Shown: positions 1-8,994 of the stretch, piece by piece | How positions within the stretch are numbered: the stretch's first letter is position 1 | Layout of the letters: the number at the start of each line of letters is the position of its first letter | NCBI RefSeq assembly: GCF_003334255.1 | Contig: NZ_QOWU01000068.1 | Length of the DNA: 22,032 nt | Direction: 5' to 3' (one strand) | Source of the DNA: Escherichia coli | GTDB taxonomy: Bacteria > Pseudomonadota > Gammaproteobacteria > Enterobacterales > Enterobacteriaceae | Translations under genes and position numbers: made by a program | Notes under the pieces: model-generated | What the model was told of the DNA's origin: nothing | What the model saw: only the letters and a program-made list of their open reading frames with translations | Databases searched by the model: none

Positions 1-9
1 ATATCCATA

Positions 10-1473
10 ATGAGTAAAAAGTTTACAATGACACTCCTGTCATCTTCTCTGGCCGGGCTTCTGGTGATGAGTGGTGGGGTGAGTGCGCAGGAAGAAAAAT
101 ACACAGTGCCGTATGCCATAGGTGAAGGTAAATGGGGGAATACCTATGAAGTTGTAAAGACAGGCGGTAATGGTAACTTCAGATACGAAGTAAAAGAGAA
201 AAACGGCAAGAAGAGGTCACTTTTCACATTTGATTCAAAAGGGGATGTAATAATCAATGGCAGTGGCATTACGTACACAATTCATGACGGTGCGCTGAAC
301 GATTTTGCTCAAACAGCTGAGAAAAAAAAGAATGGACAGTCTCAGTCGCACAGAATGACTGATAGCGTTGTTCGTGATGTATATAACAAAGTATACAGTC
401 TGCAGAGAACAAAAATTACAGGTTTCAGCGTCGAAGATGGGGAGAATGGGAAGGTTTCTCTGGGTAGCGATGCGAAAGCCTCTGGTGAGTTCTCAGTAGC
501 TGTTGGTAACGGTGCTAAGGCTACAGAAAAAGCGTCAACATCAGTGGGATCATGGTCTGCAGCACTAGGACGGCAAAGTGTGGCTTTAGGTGTGGGAACA
601 TATGCTTATGCAAATGCATCTACAGCCGCCGGAACAGCTGCTTATGTTGATGGTTCTGCTATTTATGGTACCGCTATAGGTAATTACGCAAAAGTGGATA
701 AAAATGCAACTGAAGGTGTTGCATTAGGAGCCAAAGCAATATCTGCACATAAAAACAGTGTGGCCTTAGGGGCAAACTCCCGAACCACTCGTGATAATGA
801 AGTTTACATTGGTTATGAAGAGGCTTCTGGTAAAGCATATAAAACCCGCACCCTTGGAGGATTGACTGATGGAACTCGCCCATCCGATGCAGCAACTGTT
901 CGTCAGGTTGATCGGGTAAAAGACAGTGTTGAGCAACTGGCTCAGGATACGAATACCCGCCTTGTAGTCGAAGCGAAAAAGTCTCGTGAATATACAGACT
1001 CCAGAACGACAGTTGGTGTGAACCCTGACGGAAAACTTACCCGTGCAGAAGGTGCGACTAAAACTATCGCCGTCAATGATGGTCTCGTTGCTCTGTCTGG
1101 CAGAACAGACCGTATTGATTATGCAGTTGGTAGCGTTGACCGCCGGGTTACTAAAAATACACAGGCTATTCAGTCCAATACTCGCCAGTTGCAGGAGCAT
1201 AATGCACGCCTGAACAGCCAGCAGCGTCAAATTCGTGAGAATCACGAAGAGATGAAGCGTGCAGCAGCACAGAGTGCAGCGCTGGCGGGGCTTTTCCAGC
1301 CGTACAGTGTGGGGAAATTCAACGCCACTGCTGCCCTGGGGGGGTACAGTGATAAACAGGCTGTTGCCGTGGGTGTTGGTTACCGTTTCAACGAGCAGAC
1401 CGCAGCGAAAGCGGGTATTGCAGCGAGTGATGGCGATGTGTCCTACAACATGGGCGTTAACTTCGAGTTTTAA
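10..1473 (+). CDS. Trimeric autotransporter adhesin, YadA/Eib-like (signal peptide, YadA-type head repeats, neck, coiled-coil stalk, C-terminal YadA membrane anchor)
   Basis: 487-aa ORF. N-terminus [29 protein letters not shown] looks like a Sec signal peptide. Repeated head motifs [10 protein letters not shown] / [10 protein letters not shown] / [15 protein letters not shown] / NSVALGANS. Neck-like [25 protein letters not shown]. Heptad-rich stalk ([33 protein letters not shown]). C-terminus [47 protein letters not shown] is a typical YadA anchor ending in F. The signal peptide resembles E. coli Eib proteins as far as I recall (unverified). Confidence 0.8.
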
Positions 1474-1497
1474 TTGCTGACAGTGACATGAAGCATG

Positions 1498-1530
1498 ACG
1501 GCAGGCGTGGAGTTTTGCCTGCCGTTTTTT
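1498..1530 (+). terminator. Rho-independent terminator immediately downstream of the adhesin gene
   Basis: 9-bp perfect stem ACGGCAGGC (1498-1506) / GCCTGCCGT (1517-1525), 10-nt loop, followed by a T-run (TTTTTT to 1530). Begins 25 nt after the adhesin stop codon. Confidence 0.6.
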
Positions 1531-1559
1531 CTCATGTGAGCATGAAACAGGTGACAGCG

Positions 1560-2033
1560 ATGAAAGTGATTCTGGCGACCCGCAACCGTTATCTGGAGTA
1601 TGGCCTGCAGCAGATGCTTGAGGGGTACAGGATAATACTGGCGAGGGAGTTTTTTACACCAGAGAACAGGAAGAGCGTACCGGCACATGATGAGTCATGG
1701 GTGATAATCTGTGATGCCCTCCTTGGCAGGCTGATGTGCTGCATGTTTCAGGGGCGCCGTTATCTTCAGATTGATGCGGAAGATGTTACGGGGCGCCTGG
1801 AGACGTACAGGAAAATCCGGAATGGTGAGTGGGTACATAATACGTATGCGCGACCACTGACGATGTCCGAGATGGTGGTGATGTTTGGATACGTGTACCG
1901 GGAGTCAAAGCCCTGCCATCTTGCCCGTGAAATGGGGATAAACACGAAGACGGTGAACACCTTTCTGTATCTGGGGCTTGGTAAAAACGGTCTTAAGTAC
2001 AGGAGTGTGAAGCACCTGGTTGGACGTGCGTAG
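1560..2033 (+). CDS. Putative small transcriptional regulator with C-terminal LuxR/GerE-type HTH
   Basis: ORF track gives 1488-2033. The start at 1488 lies inside the terminator hairpin and has no SD; ATG at 1560 (MKVILATRN...) has AGGTGA 5 nt upstream. C-terminal segment LTMSEMVVMFGYVYRESKPCHLAREMGINTKTVNTFLYLGLGKNGL matches the spacing of the LuxR/GerE HTH pattern (LT.RE.EVL ... S.KEIA..L.IS.KTV). N-terminal part has no recognisable receiver residues. Family assignment is by eye only. Confidence 0.45.
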   Translation: MKVILATRNRYLEYGLQQMLEGYRIILAREFFTPENRKSVPAHDESWVIICDALLGRLMCCMFQGRRYLQIDAEDVTGRLETYRKIRNGEWVHNTYARPLTMSEMVVMFGYVYRESKPCHLAREMGINTKTVNTFLYLGLGKNGLKYRSVKHLVGRA

Positions 2034-2210
2034 CCGGAATGCATATTCGTGAGTCGGGTAATGAGAGTTGAACGGTGGCAGTGAGAATGGAACAGAAAAA
2101 AATCAGATGCGGAAGGCGGAAATACACAGCGGGTGCGATGTGCTTCATGCTGTTTGTATGGCTGGGTGGTGTGGTGACATTCTGTGTGCTGGCCGCTCTG
2201 ATAATGCAGT

Positions 2211-2236
2211 AAAAAAAGGGGAGCTGGTGACTCCCC
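2211..2236 (-). terminator. Rho-independent terminator for minus-strand transcripts (YkgJ-like gene / serT read-through)
   Basis: Stem GGGGAG (2218-2223) / CTCCCC (2231-2236), 7-nt loop. The plus-strand A7 at 2211-2217 gives a U7 tail on the minus-strand RNA. Confidence 0.55.
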
Positions 2237-2390
2237 GTGCTGATGTCACTGGATAAACCAGTCGTCAGCGGTTTCCCAGGCTTCCGAGTCGGCAAAACTA
2301 GTTGACGTCTAATACCAGAGCCTGTAACTGTTTTTCGTCCATAAATTAACCTTCATTTGATGCTGGATTGAACATATCAAAATCAGGCAA

Positions 2391-2741
2391 TTACACAAAT
2401 CTATGTACAGGCTCTATTTCCGGAAGTCCGTATTTTGCCCGTGCGCGGCTACATGCTTCATTCGCGATGTCATTTTCGCCGGACATTGCGAATTCCCTGC
2501 ATGTGGACGGACGGTTTTTGTAAACAGAGCAATATGCGTTTTCACCCGGAGTTCCCGCCAGAGCGACACATCGGGGCTTTTTCTGATTGGTGCCGCTCAT
2601 ACAGCGATGAAAAGGAGATATTTGCTCAGTGAGAGTGGCCGGGACGTTTCCGCCAGCATCATCGGCTTCAGCCCAGTAAAAAGAGACGCGGAAAAATACA
2701 CAACAGGCACCACACGTCATGCATGGATTGGGGTTATTCAT
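2391..2741 (-). CDS. YkgJ/UPF0153-family putative zinc/iron-chelating protein (CxxCxxCC)
   Basis: 116-aa ORF. N-terminal motif [11 protein letters not shown] plus further Cys (CMSGT, CVALAG, CSVY, CREF) is typical of the YkgJ-type Cys-rich domain. Overlapping plus-strand ORFs 2403-2756 and 2435-2632 have no motifs. Start-codon context is weak. Confidence 0.65.
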   Translation of the reverse strand: MNNPNPCMTCGACCVFFRVSFYWAEADDAGGNVPATLTEQISPFHRCMSGTNQKKPRCVALAGTPGENAYCSVYKNRPSTCREFAMSGENDIANEACSRARAKYGLPEIEPVHRFV

Positions 2742-2837
2742 AATTCATCGGTATAGCGATAAATCGTAAAGAGAACAATGTACCTAGTGTGTATTGAGCT
2801 AAATATACCAATTAGTATACCAAGTGTATACTAAGAG

Positions 2838-2870
2838 CAAAAAAGAAAGGGGCTACCATTTGGTAACCCC
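2838..2870 (-). terminator. serT intrinsic terminator
   Basis: Directly 3' of the tRNA. Minus-strand RNA GGGGUUACC-loop-GGUAGCCCC (includes one U-G wobble) followed by UUUCUUUUUU (plus-strand A-tract 2838-2848). Confidence 0.7.
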
Positions 2871-2879
2871 TTGATTATT

Positions 2880-2967
2880 TGGCGGAAGCGCAGAGATTCG
2901 AACTCTGGAACCCTTTCGGGTCGCCGGTTTTCAAGACCGGTGCCTTCAACCGCTCGGCCACACTTCC
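2880..2967 (-). tRNA. serT: tRNA-Ser (anticodon UGA)
   Basis: Reverse complement reads GGAAGTGTGGCCGAGCGGTTGAAGGCACCGGTCTTGAAAACCGGCGACCCGAAAGGGTTCCAGAGTTCGAATCTCTGCGCTTCCGCCA: 88 nt, long variable arm, anticodon loop CUUGAAA, encoded CCA end. Matches E. coli serT from memory. Confidence 0.95.
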
Positions 2968-2979
2968 GGAATGACGCGC

Positions 2980-3008
2980 ACTATAAACATCCCGATGCGG
3001 CGTGTAAA
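2980..3008 (-). promoter_or_regulatory. serT sigma70 promoter (-35 TTTACA, 17-bp spacer, -10 TATAGT, GC-rich discriminator)
   Basis: On the minus strand: TTTACA (3003-3008), 17-nt spacer, TATAGT (2980-2985), then GCGCGTC before the mature tRNA 5' end at 2967. A GC-rich discriminator is typical of stringently controlled stable-RNA promoters. Confidence 0.55.
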
Positions 3009-3009
3009 C

Positions 3010-3393
3010 CCCTAATTTGTTTGTTTGCCTGAAAAACAGCCAAAAGTGCATTGATAGCGTGAAATAACAGCAGATTGATCATTTCATCACCATGAATTCC
3101 TTCTCTTTTACTCGTTTAGCAACCGGCTAAACATCCCCACCGCCCGGCCAAAAGAAAAATAGGTCCATTTTTATCGCTAAAAGATAAATCCACACAGTTT
3201 GTATTGTTTTGTGCAAAAGTTTCACTACGCTTTATTAACAATACTTTCTGGCGACGTGCGCCAGTGCAGAAGGATGAGCTTTCGTTTTCAGCATCTCACG
3301 TGAAGCGATGGTTTGCCTTGCTACAGGGACGTCGCTTGCCGACCATAAGCGCCCGGTGTCCTGCCGGTGTCGCAAGGAGGAGAGACGTGCGAT
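3010..3393 (+). promoter_or_regulatory. hya operon promoter and 5' leader region (divergent from serT)
   Basis: About 380 bp of AT-rich non-coding sequence between the serT promoter and the hyaA start; SD AAGGAGGA at 3374-3381. Individual promoter and regulator sites are not resolved from sequence alone. Confidence 0.4.
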
Positions 3394-4512
3394 ATGAATA
3401 ACGAGGAAACATTTTACCAGGCCATGCGGCGTCAGGGCGTTACCCGGCGCAGCTTTCTCAAATATTGTAGTCTGGCTGCCACGTCGCTGGGATTAGGCGC
3501 GGGAATGGCACCAAAGATTGCCTGGGCGCTGGAGAACAAACCGCGCATTCCGGTGGTATGGATCCACGGTCTGGAATGCACCTGCTGTACCGAATCTTTT
3601 ATCCGCTCCGCTCACCCACTGGCGAAGGACGTCATCCTTTCCCTGATTTCCCTCGATTACGACGATACTTTGATGGCTGCCGCCGGAACCCAGGCGGAAG
3701 AAGTCTTTGAAGACATCATCACGCAATACAATGGCAAATATATCCTCGCAGTAGAAGGTAATCCGCCGCTGGGCGAGCAGGGGATGTTCTGTATCAGCAG
3801 CGGTCGACCGTTTATTGAGAAACTCAAACGTGCCGCTGCCGGAGCCAGCGCGATTATCGCCTGGGGAACCTGCGCGTCCTGGGGCTGCGTGCAGGCCGCG
3901 CGACCCAATCCGACGCAGGCAACGCCTATCGACAAAGTCATCACCGACAAACCCATTATCAAAGTACCTGGCTGCCCGCCGATCCCGGATGTGATGAGCG
4001 CCATCATTACTTACATGGTGACCTTTGATCGCTTGCCAGATGTCGACAGAATGGGCCGTCCGCTGATGTTCTATGGTCAGCGAATCCACGATAAATGCTA
4101 TCGCCGCGCCCACTTCGACGCCGGAGAGTTCGTCCAGAGTTGGGATGATGACGCTGCCCGCAAAGGTTACTGCCTGTACAAAATGGGCTGCAAAGGGCCT
4201 ACCACCTATAACGCCTGTTCCTCCACACGCTGGAATGATGGCGTTTCTTTCCCAATCCAGTCTGGTCACGGCTGCCTGGGCTGTGCGGAAAATGGTTTCT
4301 GGGATCGCGGTTCGTTCTACAGCCGCGTGGTCGATATTCCGCAAATGGGTACTCATTCCACCGCCGATACCGTCGGTTTAACCGCGCTTGGCGTGGTGGC
4401 AGCGGCTGTTGGTGTGCACGCAGTCGCCAGCGCCGTTGACCAGCGCAGACGTCATAACCAGCAACCTACAGAAACCGAACATCAGCCAGGCAATGAGGAT
4501 AAACAGGCATGA
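3394..4512 (+). CDS. hyaA: Hydrogenase-1 small subunit (NiFe hydrogenase, Tat signal)
   Basis: 372 aa from ATG 3394 (the ORF track starts at an upstream in-frame GTG). Twin-arginine motif RRSFLK, Cys clusters for FeS centres, C-terminal hydrophobic anchor. Matches E. coli HyaA from memory. Confidence 0.95.
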   Translation: MNNEETFYQAMRRQGVTRRSFLKYCSLAATSLGLGAGMAPKIAWALENKPRIPVVWIHGLECTCCTESFIRSAHPLAKDVILSLISLDYDDTLMAAAGTQAEEVFEDIITQYNGKYILAVEGNPPLGEQGMFCISSGRPFIEKLKRAAAGASAIIAWGTCASWGCVQAARPNPTQATPIDKVITDKPIIKVPGCPPIPDVMSAIITYMVTFDRLPDVDRMGRPLMFYGQRIHDKCYRRAHFDAGEFVQSWDDDAARKGYCLYKMGCKGPTTYNACSSTRWNDGVSFPIQSGHGCLGCAENGFWDRGSFYSRVVDIPQMGTHSTADTVGLTALGVVAAAVGVHAVASAVDQRRRHNQQPTETEHQPGNEDKQA

Positions 4513-6302
4513 GCACTCAGTACGAAACTCAGGGATACACCATCAATAATGCCGGACGCCGCCTGGTGGTCGACCCGATTACGCGCATCGAAGGCCACAT
4601 GCGCTGCGAAGTGAATATTAACGATCAGAATGTGATCACCAATGCCGTCTCCTGCGGCACCATGTTTCGCGGGCTGGAGATCATCCTACAAGGGCGCGAC
4701 CCGCGCGATGCGTGGGCGTTCGTTGAACGTATCTGCGGCGTCTGTACTGGCGTACACGCCCTGGCTTCGGTTTACGCCATCGAAGATGCTATCGGTATTA
4801 AAGTGCCGGACAACGCCAATATCATCCGCAACATTATGCTGGCAACGCTCTGGTGCCACGATCATCTGGTGCACTTCTATCAGCTTGCCGGGATGGACTG
4901 GATCGATGTGTTAGATGCGCTGAAAGCCGACCCGCGGAAAACCTCCGAACTGGCGCAAAGTCTCTCCTCTTGGCCGAAATCATCCCCTGGCTATTTCTTC
5001 GACGTACAAAACCGCCTGAAAAAATTTGTTGAAGGCGGGCAGTTGGGGATCTTCCGCAATGGCTACTGGGGGCACCCGCAGTACAAACTGCCGCCAGAAG
5101 CTAACCTGATGGGCTTTGCCCACTATCTCGAAGCTCTCGATTTCCAGCGTGAAATTGTCAAAATCCACGCGGTCTTTGGCGGTAAAAACCCGCATCCAAA
5201 CTGGATTGTCGGCGGGATGCCTTGCGCCATCAACATTGACGAAAGCGGCGCGGTCGGGGCAGTCAATATGGAACGCCTGAACCTGGTGCAGTCAATTATC
5301 ACCCGCACGGCGGACTTCATTAACAACGTGATGATCCCCGACGCCTTAGCCATCGGTCAGTTCAACAAACCGTGGAGCGAAATCGGCACTGGTCTTTCTG
5401 ATAAATGCGTTCTCAGCTACGGCGCATTCCCGGATATTGCCAACGACTTTGGCGAGAAAAGTCTGCTGATGCCTGGCGGCGCGGTGATTAACGGCGACTT
5501 CAACAATGTGCTGCCAGTGGATTTGGTTGATCCGCAGCAGGTGCAGGAGTTTGTCGACCACGCCTGGTATCGATATCCCAACGATCAGGTCGGGCGTCAT
5601 CCGTTCGATGGCATCACCGACCCGTGGTACAACCCCGGCGATGTCAAAGGCAGCGATACCAACATTCAGCAGCTGAATGAACAGGAACGCTACTCGTGGA
5701 TCAAAGCGCCACGCTGGCGCGGTAACGCGATGGAAGTGGGGCCGCTGGCGCGCACGTTAATCGCTTATCACAAAGGCGATGCTGCGACCGTTGAGTCGGT
5801 CGATCGCATGATGTCGGCGTTGAACCTGCCGCTTTCCGGTATCCAGTCAACGTTAGGCCGCATTTTGTGCCGCGCGCACGAAGCGCAGTGGGCCGCAGGT
5901 AAGTTGCAGTATTTCTTCGACAAGCTGATGACCAACCTGAAAAACGGCAATCTCGCCACTGCTTCCACGGAAAAATGGGAACCTGCAACCTGGCCGACAG
6001 AGTGCCGTGGTGTCGGTTTTACCGAAGCGCCGCGCGGGGCGTTAGGCCACTGGGCCGCCATTCGCGATGGCAAGATTGATCTCTACCAGTGCGTGGTGCC
6101 GACCACCTGGAACGCCAGCCCGCGCGATCCCAAAGGGCAGATTGGCGCTTATGAAGCGGCGCTGATGAACACCAAAATGGCGATCCCCGAGCAACCGCTG
6201 GAGATCCTGCGTACTCTGCACAGCTTTGACCCGTGCCTCGCCTGTTCAACACACGTGCTGGGCGACGACGGTAGCGAGCTGATCTCCGTGCAGGTGCGTT
6301 AA
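4509..6302 (+). CDS. hyaB: Hydrogenase-1 large subunit
   Basis: 597 aa. N-terminal RIEGH and [11 protein letters not shown] motifs and C-terminal DPCLACSTH motif (NiFe ligands). Start overlaps the hyaA stop (ATGA). Confidence 0.95.
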   Translation: MSTQYETQGYTINNAGRRLVVDPITRIEGHMRCEVNINDQNVITNAVSCGTMFRGLEIILQGRDPRDAWAFVERICGVCTGVHALASVYAIEDAIGIKVPDNANIIRNIMLATLWCHDHLVHFYQLAGMDWIDVLDALKADPRKTSELAQSLSSWPKSSPGYFFDVQNRLKKFVEGGQLGIFRNGYWGHPQYKLPPEANLMGFAHYLEALDFQREIVKIHAVFGGKNPHPNWIVGGMPCAINIDESGAVGAVNMERLNLVQSIITRTADFINNVMIPDALAIGQFNKPWSEIGTGLSDKCVLSYGAFPDIANDFGEKSLLMPGGAVINGDFNNVLPVDLVDPQQVQEFVDHAWYRYPNDQVGRHPFDGITDPWYNPGDVKGSDTNIQQLNEQERYSWIKAPRWRGNAMEVGPLARTLIAYHKGDAATVESVDRMMSALNLPLSGIQSTLGRILCRAHEAQWAAGKLQYFFDKLMTNLKNGNLATASTEKWEPATWPTECRGVGFTEAPRGALGHWAAIRDGKIDLYQCVVPTTWNASPRDPKGQIGAYEAALMNTKMAIPEQPLEILRTLHSFDPCLACSTHVLGDDGSELISVQVR

Positions 6303-6320
6303 CAGCGAAGGAGAATCATC

Positions 6321-7028
6321 ATGCAACAGAAAAGCGACAACGTTGTCAGCCACTATGTCTTTGAAGCGCCAGTGCGCATCTGGCACTGGTTGACGGTGTT
6401 ATGCATGGCGGTGTTGATGGTCACCGGATACTTTATCGGCAAGCCGCTACCTTCCGTCAGCGGCGAGGCGACGTATCTGTTCTATATGGGCTACATCAGG
6501 TTAATTCACTTCAGCGCCGGGATGGTTTTTACCGTGGTTTTGCTGATGCGGATCTACTGGGCTTTTGTTGGCAATCGATACTCCCGCGAGCTGTTTATCG
6601 TGCCGGTATGGCGTAAAAGCTGGTGGCAGGGCGTGTGGTATGAAATCCGCTGGTATCTGTTTCTGGCAAAACGTCCGAGTGCCGATATAGGCCATAATCC
6701 CATCGCCCAGGCGGCGATGTTCGGCTATTTCCTGATGTCGGTCTTTATGATCATCACTGGTTTTGCGCTGTACAGCGAACACAGCCAGTACGCTATTTTT
6801 GCGCCGTTCCGTTATGTGGTGGAATTTTTCTACTGGACGGGTGGCAACTCAATGGACATTCACAGCTGGCATCGGCTGGGGATGTGGCTGATTGGCGCGT
6901 TTGTGATCGGTCATGTCTACATGGCGCTGCGTGAAGACATCATGTCCGACGACACGGTGATCTCCACCATGGTCAACGGCTACCGTAGCCACAAATTTGG
7001 CAAAATAAGTAACAAGGAGCGTTCATGA
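6321..7028 (+). CDS. hyaC: Hydrogenase-1 cytochrome b subunit
   Basis: 235-aa polytopic membrane protein with conserved His; position and size match hyaC. Confidence 0.93.
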
Positions 7029-7612
7029 GCGAGCAACGCGTGGTGGTCATGGGGCTGGGCAACCTGCTGTGGGCCGATGAAGGCTTCGGCGTGCGGGTGG
7101 CGGAACGGCTGTATGCCCATTACCACTGGCCCGAGTATGTGGAGATTGTCGATGGCGGTACTCAGGGACTGAACTTGCTGGGGTATGTCGAAAGCGCCAG
7201 CCATCTGTTGATTCTCGATGCCATTGACTACGGGCTGGAACCTGGAACGCTGCGAACCTATGCCGGAGAACGCATTCCGGCTTATCTCAGCGCGAAGAAA
7301 ATGAGCCTGCATCAGAACAGTTTCTCCGAAGTGTTGGCGCTGGCGGATATCCGCGGACATCTGCCAGCACATATTGCCCTCGTCGGTCTGCAACCCGCAA
7401 TGCTCGACGACTACGGCGGTAGCCTGAGCGAACTGGCACGGGAGCAACTGCCCGCTGCGGAACAGGCGGCGCTGGCGCAGCTTGCTGCGTGGGGAATTGT
7501 GCCGCAACCGGCTAATGAATCGCGCTGTCTCAATTATGACTGTCTGTCGATGGAAAATTACGAAGGCGTTCGCTTGCGCCAGTACCGGATGACACAGGAG
7601 GAGCAGGGATGA
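7025..7612 (+). CDS. hyaD: Hydrogenase-1 maturation endopeptidase
   Basis: 195 aa, N-terminus [17 protein letters not shown] is typical of HyaD/HybD/HycI proteases; 4-nt overlap with hyaC. Confidence 0.93.
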
Positions 7613-8007
7613 GCAACGACACGCCATTTGATGCGTTGTGGCAACGAATGCTGGCGCGCGGCTGGACGCCAGTCAGTGAATCCCGTCTTGACGACTGGCT
7701 TACGCAAGCGCCAGACGGCGTGGTGTTATTAAGCAGTGACCCGAAACGCACGCCAGAGGTCAGCGATAATCCGGTAATGATTGGCGAATTACTGCGCGAG
7801 TTTCCCGACTATACATGGCAGGTGGCGATTGCTGACCTTGAGCAGAGCGAAGCCATCGGCGATCGCTTTGGCGTCTTTCGCTTTCCTGCCACTTTAGTGT
7901 TTACCGGCGGAAACTATCGCGGCGTGCTGAATGGTATTCACCCGTGGGCGGAACTGATAAACCTGATGCGCGGGCTTGTCGAACCGCAGCAGGAGCGTGC
8001 CTCATGA
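7609..8007 (+). CDS. hyaE: Hydrogenase-1 operon protein HyaE (chaperone-like)
   Basis: 132 aa, synteny and size; 4-nt overlap with hyaD. Confidence 0.9.
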
Positions 8008-8861
8008 GCGAAACTTTTTTCCATCTGCTGGGGCCAGGAACGCAACCGAACGATGACAGTTTCAGCATGAATCCACTGCCGATCACCTGTCAGGTGAATG
8101 ATGAACCGAGTATGGCGGCCCTGGAGCAATGTGCTCACAGCCCGCAGGTGATTGCGCTGTTAAACGAGTTACAACATCAACTAAGCGAACGCCAACCGCC
8201 GTTGGGCGAGGTGCTGGCAGTCGATCTGTTAAATCTCAACGCCGACGATCGTCACTTTATCAATACGCTTCTCGGGGAAGGGGAAGTGTCAGTGCGCATT
8301 CAGCAGGCTGACGACAGTGAAAGTGAAATACAGGAGGCGATCTTCTGCGGATTATGGCGGGTGCGCAGACGTCGCGGCGAAAAGTTGCTGGAGGACAAAC
8401 TGGAGGCTGGCTGCGCGCCGCTGGCGTTGTGGCAGGCGGCAACGCAAAATCTCTTGCCGACAGATTCGCTGTTACCGCCGCCCATTGATGGCCTGATGAA
8501 TGGCCTACCGTTGGCGCATGAGTTACTGGCACATGTACGTAACCCCGACGCGCAGCCGCACAGCATTAATCTGACGCAATTACCCATCAGCGAGGCTGAT
8601 CGGCTTTTTCTCTCACGTCTCTGTGGGCCGGGAAATATTCAGATTCGTACCATTGGCTATGGCGAGAGCTATATCAACGCCACGGGGTTACGCCATGTCT
8701 GGCATTTACGCTGTACGGACACCTTAAAAGGCCCGTTACTGGAAAGTTATGAAATCTGCCCAATACCGGAAGTGGTGCTGGCAGCGCCAGAAGATTTGGT
8801 CGACTCTGCGCAGCGGCTTAGCGAGGTATGTCAGTGGCTGGCGGAAGCTGCACCGACGTAA
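8004..8861 (+). CDS. hyaF: Hydrogenase-1 operon protein HyaF
   Basis: 285 aa from ATG 8004 ([11 protein letters not shown]), overlapping the hyaE stop. The ORF track extends to an upstream in-frame ATG at 7944 inside hyaE, which is unlikely to be used. Confidence 0.9.
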   Translation: MSETFFHLLGPGTQPNDDSFSMNPLPITCQVNDEPSMAALEQCAHSPQVIALLNELQHQLSERQPPLGEVLAVDLLNLNADDRHFINTLLGEGEVSVRIQQADDSESEIQEAIFCGLWRVRRRRGEKLLEDKLEAGCAPLALWQAATQNLLPTDSLLPPPIDGLMNGLPLAHELLAHVRNPDAQPHSINLTQLPISEADRLFLSRLCGPGNIQIRTIGYGESYINATGLRHVWHLRCTDTLKGPLLESYEICPIPEVVLAAPEDLVDSAQRLSEVCQWLAEAAPT

Positions 8862-8994
8862 AAAGACGGTAAGTATCGCTTTCAGTCTTATGAATATCGC
8901 AATCGGCGAATACCTCTGGTCGTAGAGTTTCAGGATAAAGAGGGAGATCTACCATTATCGGGTTATTTTTCTCTCTTCGCCTACAGGAGTGCGC
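8862..8994 (+). promoter_or_regulatory. hyaF-appC intergenic region (app operon promoter region)
   Basis: 133-bp non-coding gap with SD AGGAG 5 nt before the appC ATG. In E. coli the app genes have their own promoter in this gap (established knowledge); exact elements not resolved here. Confidence 0.35.

Noticed and set aside
1488-1559. Upstream extension of the regulator ORF (ATG at 1488, MKHDGRRGVLPAVFSHVS...)
   Set aside because: These codons lie inside the adhesin terminator hairpin and T-tract and have no SD. The ATG at 1560 has AGGTGA at proper spacing.
1993-2295. 100-aa minus-strand ORF and the 62-aa TTG-initiated plus-strand ORF (2068-2256)
   Set aside because: Both run across the intrinsic terminator hairpin at 2211-2236, have no SD and show no recognisable motifs. 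Likely chance ORFs in an intergenic region.
2403-2756. Plus-strand ORFs of 117 aa and 65 aa antisense to the YkgJ-like gene
   Set aside because: The minus-strand frame carries the diagnostic CxxCxxCC motif; the plus-strand translations are motif-free shadow ORFs.
1-2880. Classical integrase-borne genomic island or prophage at serT
   Set aside because: No integrase, excisionase, phage structural gene or duplicated tRNA 3' end is present within the window. Only an accessory module can be asserted; the element type is undetermined.
3204-3401. 65-aa ORF in the hya leader
   Set aside because: It overlaps the hyaA SD and start in another frame and has no SD of its own; this is a regulatory leader region.
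3493-4381. Long antisense and out-of-frame ORFs inside hyaA (287 aa minus strand, 116 aa minus strand, 102 aa plus strand)
   Set aside because: They sit inside a confidently identified conserved gene; such open frames are expected in GC-rich coding sequence.
4642-7751. Multiple 60-215-aa ORFs overlapping hyaB, hyaC and hyaD on either strand (including 6980-7627 minus strand, 215 aa)
   Set aside because: All are shadow ORFs of well-supported hya genes, with no independent start signals or motifs.
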